DNA of 64,000 nucleotides from Eledone cirrhosa (taxonomy: Eukaryota): NCBI GenBank assembly GCA_964016885.1, contig OZ024740.1, forward strand, positions 148,366,001 to 148,430,000, written 5' to 3'. The position numbers were made by a program, and so were the translations under genes. The notes under the pieces were generated by a model. It had not been told where the DNA came from and made no database searches. It worked only from the letters and a program-made list of their open reading frames with translations. Every line of letters begins with the position of its first letter. The first letter of the stretch is position 1. Shown piece by piece: positions 13,119 to 25,529 of the stretch.

Positions 13119-13726
13119 TATACTACTAAAACTCTGTGATTGCTTGCCTGCCTGCTTGTCTGTAATATAATACAGCTAAAAGGGCCCATAATGGGAAAAT
13201 ACTTTTTAAGGAAGTTGCCTCTTAAATGGGAATACAAATGGAATAAAACAAGTTCCGCGTAAATCGGTACACGGGTTCCCGAGATATGAGGTTTTCTAGG
13301 TACCTTCATAAACAAAGAGAGAGAAAGATAGAGAGATAAAGAGAAAGTGATAGTGGTTGTAAGAGAGTAGACTGAAAGAGCGACATAGAGAGAGGGAGAG
13401 GAGACAGAGAAGTTGAATGGAAGAGAGAGAGAGAGCTGGTGGTGTTGTGAGTGTGTGCGTATATGTGTGTGTGTGTGTCTATAACCAGTGTATATAGATC
13501 ACAGACACCAATATATATATATATATATACAGACACACATACATATATTTATTTGTATACACACACATTTATATATACACATGTATATATATGGGCCTTC
13601 CAGTTTCATTCCACATTATATACATGTTTGTATATATTTTTATTATTAAAAATTATTTTTAAGTGAACATGATTTAAGAAAAATATTTTGAAGTGAACGT
13701 GACCGAACGGGTCAGGGGTGATCTAG
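13119..13726 (+). mobile_element. Non-autonomous Helitron-like unit 2 (head-to-tail)
   Basis: Same 5' start and the same hairpin+CTAG 3' end; joined directly to units 1 and 3. Confidence 0.75.
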
Positions 13727-14588
<862 letters not shown>

Positions 14589-14590
<2 letters not shown>

Positions 14591-14792
14591 GTACAGCATA
14601 TTCGAAGCTCGAGCCGCAGCTAAGCCGACGAATGTATTCAGAAGTGCAGCCAAGCACTCGATAAGATATAAAACCTTAGAGTAATAAGATACAATTTAAA
14701 GGGCTTTGCAAATTGAAGATAGTGACCGGTAATTCAGTCGCGGGTACCGTAGCAACGAAAGAACTGACTCGCGAGAAAAAATACAGACATAT

Positions 14793-14833
<41 letters not shown>

Positions 14834-15372
14834 CAAACCTGGACAAATCACTTCGATATTTTGCAATATCTCAGTTAAGTTTCTGTAAATCCGAAATCAA
14901 CAAAATCCGCTTGTAGTGTATGCAAGTTAAGGTTCTGGAAGATCGAACAGTGGATTTTCTTTCTCAACAGGCTTCCGTTGTGACGCCAGTCCGGTTGTGA
15001 GAGCACATGTTTCTCCAAAGGGAGCTAACACCCGGTTTATGGCGGTCAAATTCAAATTATGAGCAATGGAAAATGTTCCGTACACAAACTGAATTAAGCA
15101 CTCAACCAGACCGTTATTAAACAAACATAAATAATTAATCAATCAATAGAATTGTCTAATTAAATTAATCAATTAATCATTAGGTCTAGGAGTAATACAA
15201 ATGGAAGTACAGCATATTCGAAGCTCGAGCCGCAGCTAAGCCGACGAATGTATTCAGAAGTGCAGCCAAGCACTCGATAAGATATAAAACCTTAGAGTAA
15301 TAAGATACAATTTAAAGGGCTTTGCAAATTGAAGATAGCGACCGGTAATTCAGTCACGGGTACCGTAGCAAC
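14589..15372. mobile_element. Non-coding element with 168-bp terminal direct repeats (pLTR-like partial tandem)
   Basis: 14589-14756 is repeated almost identically at 15205-15372, and the element starts at a (TA)n tract. Confidence 0.6.
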
Positions 15373-15685
15373 ATACTAGCTGAGGTACCCGGTGATACCC
15401 GGGAGCGGGGTTATTCCCAGTTTCCAATGCCTCTCAGACCAAAAATGAAATCAAAATATAGAACAGATAATGAAGAAGGAAGACAAATTCATTCACGAAA
15501 CAATAATTGTTTCTACTTTTGGCACAAGGCCAGCAATCACCCAGTACATTACTGGTATTTTATTTTATCGACCCTGTATTTATCTGTCCTATATTTTGAT
15601 TTCATTTTTGGTCGGAGAGGCATTGGGTATTTTAATGGGAACTGAGAATACCCCCACTCCCGGGTATTACCGGGTATCTCAGCTA

Positions 15686-15688
<3 letters not shown>
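15373..15688. repeat. Inverted pair of Helitron-like 3' ends (hairpin+CTAG) around a SINE fragment
   Basis: 15373-15470 is the reverse complement of ~15580-15688 (cccgggtattaccgggtatctcagCTAG). A minus-strand SINE 3' piece lies at ~15500-15573. Confidence 0.65.
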
Positions 15689-15726
<38 letters not shown>

Positions 15727-15866
15727 CACACACACATACTCACACTCACTTAGAAACCCTTTCTATTTAGCAGGGTACAGTAATGCGGTAATCGTTTCTT
15801 TGAAGTCAACGGTTATAATTGCATTCAATAACGCCAACAGCTCTCTCTCTCCCTCTCTTCAATTTT

Positions 15867-15958
<92 letters not shown>

Positions 15959-16108
15959 CACTTCTATTTTCCTTCTCTGTCTCCTTCTCTCTCTCTCTCT
16001 CTCTCACTTCTATTTTCCTTCTCTGTCTCCTTCTCTCTCTCTCTCACTTCTATTTTCCTTCTCTGTCTCCTTCTCTCTCTCTCTCACTTCTATTTTCCTT
16101 CTCTGTCT

Positions 16109-16151
<43 letters not shown>

Positions 16152-16512
16152 GAAACAATAATACAAACAAATATTGTTGATTGCACTGGTCAAGCGAAAA
16201 CATGTTTGTCAGAGAAGTTGAGTGTTGCTATAAGGAAAAGAAAATAGAAACTCCATTAGGGTGTCTTTTTATTATTGAAATTTGGTGAAGTTTTGTGAAT
16301 AGGCATCATATCTTGTCATTTACCTATAGTTTAAATTTCATATAAATCGAAGGGAAAACATTTTCAGCGGGGGTGTTGTGCCTCCGGGGAACCCTTTGAT
16401 TAAAATGAAATATACGTAAGAAATCAAATGGCATGAGCCCCACACACGTGTCAAGTTTCATCAAGATCGGTTTGGTAGTTTTTGAGTTTTATATATATAT
16501 ATATATATATAT

Positions 16513-17397
16513 GTCTTTTGTCTTCTCGTCAATATTCGCACGTTCTTATGTTCAAAATGAATTATTGACTTTATTTTCTCATCTTTTCCTCTCTTTACGT
16601 TGCCTCACCATTCGTGTTTGTTTACCTGTCTCTCTTTCACCACCCAACTCTTTTTATCCCAATAACTTAATTTAGTTATTGCATTGCCCTAGTCGGAGGT
16701 ATATGGTCTGTAATGCGAAGAAATACCTATGATCGCTAGTAGACTACTGATGAGGGATAGTCCTGGCTTCTATTTCTAATTCTTCATTTTTACATATATC
16801 ATATTTGTAACAACACAGCTCGCCATTTTTCATTCATATATGCTTTCCCCTTCGCTGTGGCCTGTCTTTTTCTCTTCCCTTATTGCTATCCTCTTTCTCT
16901 CTCCTTCTCCCTCTTACCCCTCACTCACGCCCTCTGCTAGTCACCCTCTCTCGGCTAGCCTCTTCCTCACTATTTCACTCACTCACTCTCTGCTAATCAC
17001 CCTCTCTCTCACTTCCTCCATCGTCCCACACCATACGAAATTCTTTCCTCGCTCACATTCGCACGACTAAGATGTGTCGTTTGTCTTCTCGTCAATATTC
17101 GCACGTTCTTATGTTCAAAATGAATTATAGACTTGATTTTCTCATTTTTCCTCTCTTTACGTTGCCTCACCATTCGTGTTTGTTTACCTGTCTCTCTTTC
17201 CCGACCCAACTCTTTTTATCCCAATAACTTAATTTAGTTATTGCATTGCCCTAGCCGGAGGTATATGGTCTGTAATGCGAAGAAATACCTATGATGGCTA
17301 GTAGACCACTGTTGACGGATAGTCCTGGCTTCTATTTCTAAATCTTCATTTTTATATATAACATATTTGCAACAACACAGCTCGCCATTTTTCATTC

Positions 17398-17399
<2 letters not shown>
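16513..17399 (+). mobile_element. ~560-bp-unit non-coding element, 1.6 tandem copies, inside (TA)n; carries a permuted hammerhead-like motif
   Basis: ~16520-16838 is repeated at ~17083-17399 (offset ~562), with (TA)n on both sides. It is homologous to 35345-36120. Confidence 0.75.
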
Positions 17400-17428
<29 letters not shown>

Positions 17429-17433
17429 TATAC

Positions 17434-17514
<81 letters not shown>

Positions 17515-17639
17515 AAAGTTCTATTTAAAATTGTTGGGATACAAGTAAATATTTTATAACTGATATAAAGCACTCGACAAGGTTTTGGAGTAGATATACG
17601 ATATTAATAAATGGAAACTATATTTATAAAACCATATTT

Positions 17640-17702
17640 ATTTCATTATACATATTTCAGGGATACCAAATTAAAATATGGTATGCCTTCATCAGACAAA
17701 AT
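17640..17702 (-). ncRNA. Type-I hammerhead ribozyme motif
   Basis: Reverse-complement copy of 17976-18038. Confidence 0.8.
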
Positions 17703-17975
17703 ACAATATATAAACAGTTTTATAAATAATTTTGACGTACCCTATTAGATGCAACCATTATTTTTGGAAGCTGTCTGGATAGTGAAATATTATTTTATTA
17801 GTTATAGTGTTAAGCACAATTATTAGTTATAGTGTTAAGCACGTCTTTTTCTAATTGTGCTTAACACTATAACTAATAAAATAATAAACATTTCAGTATC
17901 CAGACAGCTTCCAAAAATAATGGTTGCATCTAATAGGGTACGTCAAAATTATTTATAAAACTGTTTATATATTGT

Positions 17976-18038
17976 ATTTTGTCTGATGAAGGCATACCAT
18001 ATTTTAATTTGGTATCCCTGAAATATGTATAATGAAAT
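17976..18038 (+). ncRNA. Type-I hammerhead ribozyme motif
   Basis: attttgt-CTGATGA-aggcatacca..tggtatccct-GAAA-tatgta-TA-atgaaat. Stems I and II pair, and the short quasi-palindromic stem III is typical of PLE hammerheads. Confidence 0.82.
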
Positions 18039-18078
18039 AAATATGGTTTTATAAATATAGTTTCCATTTATTAATATC

Positions 18079-18154
<76 letters not shown>

Positions 18155-18277
18155 TATATTAATTACAATAAGAATAGCTCAAGGATTAATGAGAATTATG
18201 TAGGTACCCCCAACAACCATCTTACGTATGGTTGTAATTGCAGAAATAGAAGCGTTTGCCCCTTAAATGGCAACTGT

Positions 18278-18658
18278 TTGATAAATAATGTAATATACAA
18301 ATGCACTGTGTCTACTACTGACTCCAACAAATCATATATAGGATCTACATCGAACACATTTAAGAAAATATATTACGCACACTCCAGTAGCTTTAACAAT
18401 ACTAAACTAGCTAACACCACATCTTTAGCTGAAGCAGTAAATAACTATAAAAAGAAAAAAATAGATTTCAAACTATCGTGGGATACCATTCCGCAAAGAA
18501 CTCCATATCTTGGGAACAGAAGAGAATGCAGATTATGTTCAGGGGAGATCTTGGAAATTACTAAATCTAAGCACGATTTATTGAATAAAAGACAGGAACT
18601 GATTATAGCTTGTAATCACCGTATACGAAAAACATTTAAGTACTATAGACCTATTTAA
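18278..18658 (+). pseudogene. GIY-YIG endonuclease domain of a PLE (C-terminal fragment)
   Basis: VIYKC..YIGSTSNTFK..H..SF..TTSLA..W..CRLCSGE..LLNKRQEL..C.H. Confidence 0.85.
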
Positions 18659-19700
18659 ACACTCTAAATAGCAACTCACTATAGTTCTATATGACGTACC
18701 ATTTGTTAGTATCCCTTTCCCCTAATTATATGCCTTCCTGTTTATTCTTTAATTTGTTAACCTTTTAATTTTTTAGCTTCCATAGATTCATGCGTTACTG
18801 ACTAAGGGCATCAAGGTACATCACCACCTGTAATTGCATGGGTATACATGTATCTATGTATGTATGATAAGAGAATATGTATATATACATGTGTGTGTAT
18901 ATGTGTATGCATAGCTATGTGTGTGTAGATGTATATATGTATGTATGAGTGTGTATATATATGTTTGTGTGCGTGTATGTATGTGTATGCATATGTTTAT
19001 ATCTATGTATGCGTATGTATGTATTTAATGGAGTATCAATGTAATTATACCTCTATCTATATATGTGAAAATATGTACTTTTGTGATAAAAGAAAATGAT
19101 GCGTTTTGACTATATGTCAACATGCATTTATCTGAGTTTGATTACTTATACATTGACCCACTTGAAAATATTTACTATTATATATTTTATGATACATCAT
19201 ACGCTATATTATACTATATACAATGTACCATACTGTACTATATTATATTACATTATATTATATTATTATATTATTATATTTTATTATCTTATTATAATTT
19301 TCATCTTTTAATATACTATCCTTCCTAGTTATGACCATTAATTTACCTATCTATATTTATCCCAGTTATCTCTGTATATTTTATATTTACTTATTTATAT
19401 TCACCTAAAAATTCCATACAACACAACTCAACATTTAATTTTTACATTCCTTTTTAAACTTCACTCCACCATCTACATTCCACTATCAATATAACAATCC
19501 CTTTTCTTCATAAGTTCTTTATAGTAATTCTATTTTTAACACCATTCAACCATTCCTTTCAAAGGGTCATGACCTCAACTAAAGTGAGTTATATTTCATC
19601 TTAACACCATATGGCAAAAAACAATTTGATTGGTTTGTTCTTCAGCTACCTCCAAATAAGGTCATAGAACTCAATTTACTATTGATTTTGCGTAAATTTT

Positions 19701-19842
19701 CATTGCTTTTGATAACGGCTGATGATATACATGTAGGTAAATATATTCCTTATTTGATATTTTGTAACTAACCCTACATAGATCGATAACGAAATATGCG
19801 TACGACGTATTATTATCACCTAGAAACGATCGTAAAGCAGTG
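19701..19842 (+). ncRNA. Hammerhead motif at the PLE 3' end (degenerate outer core, possible nested inner core)
   Basis: cattgctt-TTGATAA-[stem II gg(c)tgatgata/tattatcacc]-GAAA-cgatcg-TA-aagcagtg. An inner CTGATGA (19719) and GAAA-tatgcg-TA (19791) are also present. Confidence 0.6.
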
Positions 19843-19885
19843 AAGTATATTTCTAATGAGTTGAATTTTTATTTCATTGTTTTAA

Positions 19886-19995
<110 letters not shown>

Positions 19996-20038
19996 CGTAT
20001 ATATATATATATATATACATATATATGTGTGTGTGTGC

Positions 20039-20105
<67 letters not shown>

Positions 20106-20326
20106 TTAAGGGTGAAAGCAGCGATTCTTTGCTTAAACTTTAATCTGTTATTTTAATAACTATTTGTTCTATATATATGATATATATTTATCCTTATAGA
20201 GCCCTCTTTGGAATTTAGTCTTCAAATGTATTATTAATGCTGTTATTATATATATAGATAGATATGTTTATATATACACACACACACACTCACGCACACA
20301 CATATATATGTATATATACATATATA

Positions 20327-20430
20327 GGCCTTCCAATTTCATTTTACATTATATACATGTCTGTGTATATTTTAATTATTTAAAAACTATCTCTGAAGGA
20401 ACGTGACCCAACGGGTCACAGGCGGTCTGG
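20327..20430 (+). mobile_element. 3' end of the same Helitron-like family as 12563-13726
   Basis: gccttccaatttcatt..gtgacccaacgggtcacaggcggtCTGG matches the unit 3' ends. Confidence 0.7.
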
Positions 20431-21231
20431 TATACTATATAATCCTCAGTACATAGATACACTAGTTATTATATATTGTACAATGCATGCATATATTCAT
20501 ATAGCATTTATTACTCGATTAACAGATATGCTCATAAATTATTACTCGATACAAAAATATACTCACATATTGTTTGATACATATAGAAACTAATATTACT
20601 AAACGTTGTTCTATACACACTCATACCCATAGGTTATACTTACTTTGATACATAAATAAAGACAATACTATATATGCTTGACACTCAAATATACATAAAT
20701 TTTATTTATTTCTCGATTAATAGATATACTCATATATACATTGCCCGATACATATGTTTAATCATATTCCATATATAATTCCATACAAAAATATATCCAT
20801 ATCTATATATATATATCAATAACATTTCTGCGATTCTGTCACAACACGAAAAGAGGGAGGTGTAGTTTGACTACCTCATACTACTCCTCTCTCTTTACGT
20901 CTGCTGCCTGCGTGAATGTATGTGTGTGTAAAAGGAAGGAAAGGGATGGTGAGAAAACTACGTTGTGTGTACATCTATGTGTGTATTTGTGTAAATGTAT
21001 GTGTGTGTGTGTGTGTGTGTGTGCTTCTGTGAATGTATGTGTATTTGTGTGAATGTATGTTTTTGTGTGTGTATTTTTGTAAGTGTGTCTGTGTTTGCGC
21101 GCTTATATTTATATACTCATACATATAAATGTATGCATATATACATACACACTCGCACACACATACAAATACACGTCAGCGTATGGAAAAACATTCTAGC
21201 ATTATATATTGCCTATACACAGATGTATTCA

Positions 21232-21780
21232 TAAACTATACATTGCTTTAAACTATACATTGCTTTAAACTATACATTGCTTTAAAATATATATTGCTTT
21301 AAACTATACATTGCTTTAAACTATACATTGCTTTAAACTATACATTGCTTTAAACTATACATTGCTTTAAACTATACATTGCTTTAAACTATACATTGAT
21401 TTAAAATATATATTGCTTTAAACTATACATTGCTTTAAACTATACATTGCTTTAAAATATATATTGCTTTAAACTATACATTGCTTTAAACTATACATTG
21501 CTTTAAACTATACATTGCTTTAAACTATACATTGCTTTAAACTATACATTGCTTTAAACTATACATTGCTTTAAACTATACATTGCTTTAAAATATATAT
21601 TGCTTTAAACTATACATTGCTTTAAACTATACATTGCTTTAAACTATACATTGCTTTAAACTATACATTGCTTTAAACTATACATTGCTTTAAACTATAC
21701 ATTGCTTTAAACTATACATTGCTTTAAAATATATATTGCTTTAAACTATACATTGCTTTAAACTATACATTGCTTTAAAC
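21232..21780. repeat. 17-bp minisatellite (TAAACTATACATTGCTT)n, ~32 copies
   Basis: Direct reading, with a recurrent variant unit TAAAATATATATTGCTT. Confidence 0.97.
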
Positions 21781-22014
21781 ATACATATACTCTAATAATA
21801 TATATATGCTCGATATATAATCATATTCTATATACATTCCTCGGTACACACATATACTCATATACTATATTTTGCTGGATATATAAACATATCCATATAC
21901 TACGCATTAATCGATACGCATATATATCCATATATCGTTTGATACATAAATATACACATTACATATATAATTCTCGATACACAAAAATTCTCATGTATTA
22001 CTTATATGTATCAG

Positions 22015-22272
22015 TAACAGCTATGACCAGCCGCAGGTGTGACCCTCGCGAGTTGGAATTGCTCTTCCAGCGCATCTCCGTTACCATCCTCCTGGGAAAC
22101 GCCTTCTGCATTCTGACCGCCGGGGCTGTGGGGAGGCCTGCACGTGCGACCCCATTTGCTCACCATTCGGAGAGCTGGAGATGGAGGCGATGACAGTGGC
22201 AGTTCGGCTCTTCCACGTTCGGACCATATCCTTGTGGTTGTGTTCATCAAGCCCTAGTGAGAATAAATAAAA
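22015..22272 (+). mobile_element. 3' fragment of a CRE-clade non-LTR retrotransposon
   Basis: GC-rich island encoding DPRE..LFQRISVTILLGNAFCIL, similar to the CRE C-terminal FQRxSVAxQRGNAxCIL motif, and ending aataaataaaa. Confidence 0.7.
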
Positions 22273-24600
22273 CAGTGATATGATTATTAATCTCTTTTGG
22301 GATTTATGTTTTGGATTTTTTCGATTTCTATTGGTAGTATTGTTTTCGACGGAAGGATTCGTCTTAAAGGCTGGACTTTACGTTTAGGAAACACATGCCT
22401 GTGGAATGCTCAGCCACTTACTCATTAGTTTCAGGCTGTTCCGTTGATCCACTAGCCAGAACACTGATTGTAGAAATCGACGGAGGTCTATTACATTTCT
22501 ATGTATTCATGTATAATTAGTGTACCAATATAGCATGGTTTATGAATAAATGTATATACGTGGGGTTATCTGTAGATTTAATAGGCATATTTAGTCTCGC
22601 TGTTAAAGCATACCTCGTTGTTAAGGCACAAAGGATTTGGCTACTAGGAATGAAGGTCGAACCGGCTGGTTTCTTTTGTCAATAAAAATTCATCAGTGAC
22701 ATTTTACATCTGTTTTCGAAGTTGCTGAAATTAAGAAACGTAGACCCCTTAAAGGAAATAGAAACAAAATTATGAATAGCACATCTTAATTTTCATATAT
22801 GTTGCCAGCATCAGCGTACCAATACAGCATGGGTAATCTTACCGTGGATTTAGATTCCGTGGTATATATCAATTAGAGGGAATGAAAAAAGGGGAGGAGA
22901 AGGGGGGGGGGGCGATATTAAAGAGGGAGTTAGAGGAAATAAGAGAATAAAAGAGATAGAGATAGAAAAAGAGAAGGAGAAATACACATAGACATAAATG
23001 TGTATGAATATACATCGACTGCTTTTGTGAATTTATAGCCTCAGTTTTACGATTATCGTTCATTTACAATGAATATATTTTTTCATTTTGATTTATATTC
23101 CATGCAAAACTAGATTTTCTCTTCTGTCTACGAAATCAAATCTATTTAAAAGCCCTAAATGTACTGTAAAAATCGGATTTTATTTAGTAAAATTCTCTTT
23201 CATTCATATAATAGAATTGTGTCTTTTCATCTGTATCTTTTTAAACTGTTATGATGTTGCATATTTTTGTTCAGCTTTGTCTCATATTATACTTTTCTTA
23301 TTTATACTAATCTTATTAAAAGCGAGCTTTATACTGATACAATATTTCCGGCACACTATAGATACTTCAAATAAATGAAAAGCAAAGGCGAGTATATGTA
23401 GATTTGAACACACATCCTTCACGTGTCACTTCTGCCCCATTAGCTACAATTTAAACAATTTATCGTTGCAATAAAGTTAAAAACTCTCTTTTAAGTAGCA
23501 AACATGCGCTAAATAGCGTGTAAATTTAATGGTCGCTAAATATTTTACGCTAATTTCTTTCTGTTTCGAACTCACGAAGATAGATGTTACGCGAACATCA
23601 CCTGTTTAAATTCCTCGAGTGATTAGCCATTCGTTATATATTTAATTTCACCGGCGACACATAGTGTGATTGCACCGCTCAGCATAGTATCACAATCTTC
23701 TCATCTTTCCTTATAATTTTAGTTGGTAAGAAAGCCCCGCCAAATATTTCGACTTATATTAGTTGTAAAACAATGTGTGCTTGAGTGTATACAAGAGAAT
23801 AGAAAGATATATGTTGCGTGCATAGTTCTGTGTTTGTCAAAGTGAGTCAGTTGTAAATTGAAATCTATACACCTATATATGCACATATTCATACAAACAC
23901 ATATGTGTGTGCGTAAGAGAGAGAGGGGGGGGAGAATTTGGGTGTGGGGGTGTATGTGTGGAGGTAATACAATAAGAACTAAGATTTTAATATAGATATT
24001 ATTTGACATTTTATCTTTGTAAAATCTAATTTCATATGGACAAAAATAACAATTCCAATTTAACACACCAGAAGTAATCCAGAAAAGGGTGCTTCTACAA
24101 TTTCTAAGAAAATATCTCGCTATACATCGAGCTCTAAATTGTAGTTTTCTGCAACATATCTGGAGTAAACTTAATTTATAGACAATAATTTTTAGAATAT
24201 CATATTTCTCTCTAAAAACAAAGTGCCCGCATTGCTAAAAATTGTACATTAATTTGTCCAAAAATGTCATGATATGTCTTAGTTTACAAATTGTGTGTAC
24301 TTCGATCGTTTAACCAATAACTGACATCGAATGTGTCAAGAACAGTTCTTTAGTTTTATGAAGAAGGTGCTTTACAGTCAGACACAATAACATGACGTAT
24401 TTATTAGTATATATATATATATATATTGTTTTGGTAAAACAGGAGTAAGCAGGAGAAAGCTCTCCACATTCGTTGTTTTAGTTACGATGGAGAATTTTAT
24501 AAAAATAATAAAATAAGATGCTGAGGTTACATATATCGTTTAATCATAATAATTATTTCTACGCTTCTCCATGCAATCGGTATATATATATATATATATA

Positions 24601-24800
24601 GCAAAGAAAGTGTGGTAAGGAACCAGGTGGACCATAACGCACCAGAGTACTCGATACTTAGGGTAGTAGAGAGGGTAATAGGAAAAGAGTCAGGTCCCCG
24701 ACGGCTGAGCTCCGGCCGTTTCGACAGATCGTTCCGAACGCAGTTCGGATTTAGCTGTCAAAACGGCCGGAGCTCAGCCGTCGGGGTCCTGACTCTTTTC
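24601..24800. mobile_element. Short fold-back insertion in (TA)n (end of a family also at 29736 and 49590)
   Basis: Hairpin aaaagagtcagg..gacggctgagctccggccgttt / aaacggccgagctcagccgtcggggtcctgactctttt. The left part is shared with 29738-29858. Confidence 0.7.
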
Positions 24801-24801
24801 A

Positions 24802-24905
<104 letters not shown>

Positions 24906-25144
24906 AAATATATATATAATATATCGATCATGCAACTCCATGATAACTCAATGAGTGAATTGACGCTAAACATTTGGAGCGCCAATATCATAGGAAACCA
25001 CATAGCTAATAGTTTGTGCAGAAAAATATATCAGGCTAAAAAATAGAAAAACAGAGACTTACATAGTTCTAGGTTTTTATAAGGCATATACGGTACCATT
25101 CCATGCCAGCGGCATGGTCAAGCCAAGAACCAAGAACCACCATA

Positions 25145-25250
<106 letters not shown>

Positions 25251-25442
25251 TGTTTGATGTTAGTTGTATTAATTTTGTTGATGACCATGATTAATTTGCA
25301 GGATATATCAATAATTTTTATATCTTTATTATCTGATTTGATGGTCGGTCGGGTGTTGGTCATATTAATATTTATTGATAACCCACACACATATATACAT
25401 ATGCATCTATTTCTGAGTGTGTGTGAGTGTGTGTGAGTGAGT

Positions 25443-25529
<87 letters not shown>

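Larger units (their letters stand above)
17594..18084. repeat. ~228-bp near-perfect inverted repeat (PLE pLTR-like fold-back)
   Basis: 17594-17821 is the reverse complement of 17853-18084, and each arm carries a hammerhead. Confidence 0.92.

Noticed and set aside
14589-14650. Minus-strand hammerhead in the 168-bp direct repeat (ctgaata..cgaatatgc)
   Set aside because: The core deviates at several invariant positions and no stem I pairing was found.
21232-21780. Regular repeat array resembling CRISPR
   Set aside because: Contiguous 17-bp units with no spacers, no cas genes and a eukaryotic context.
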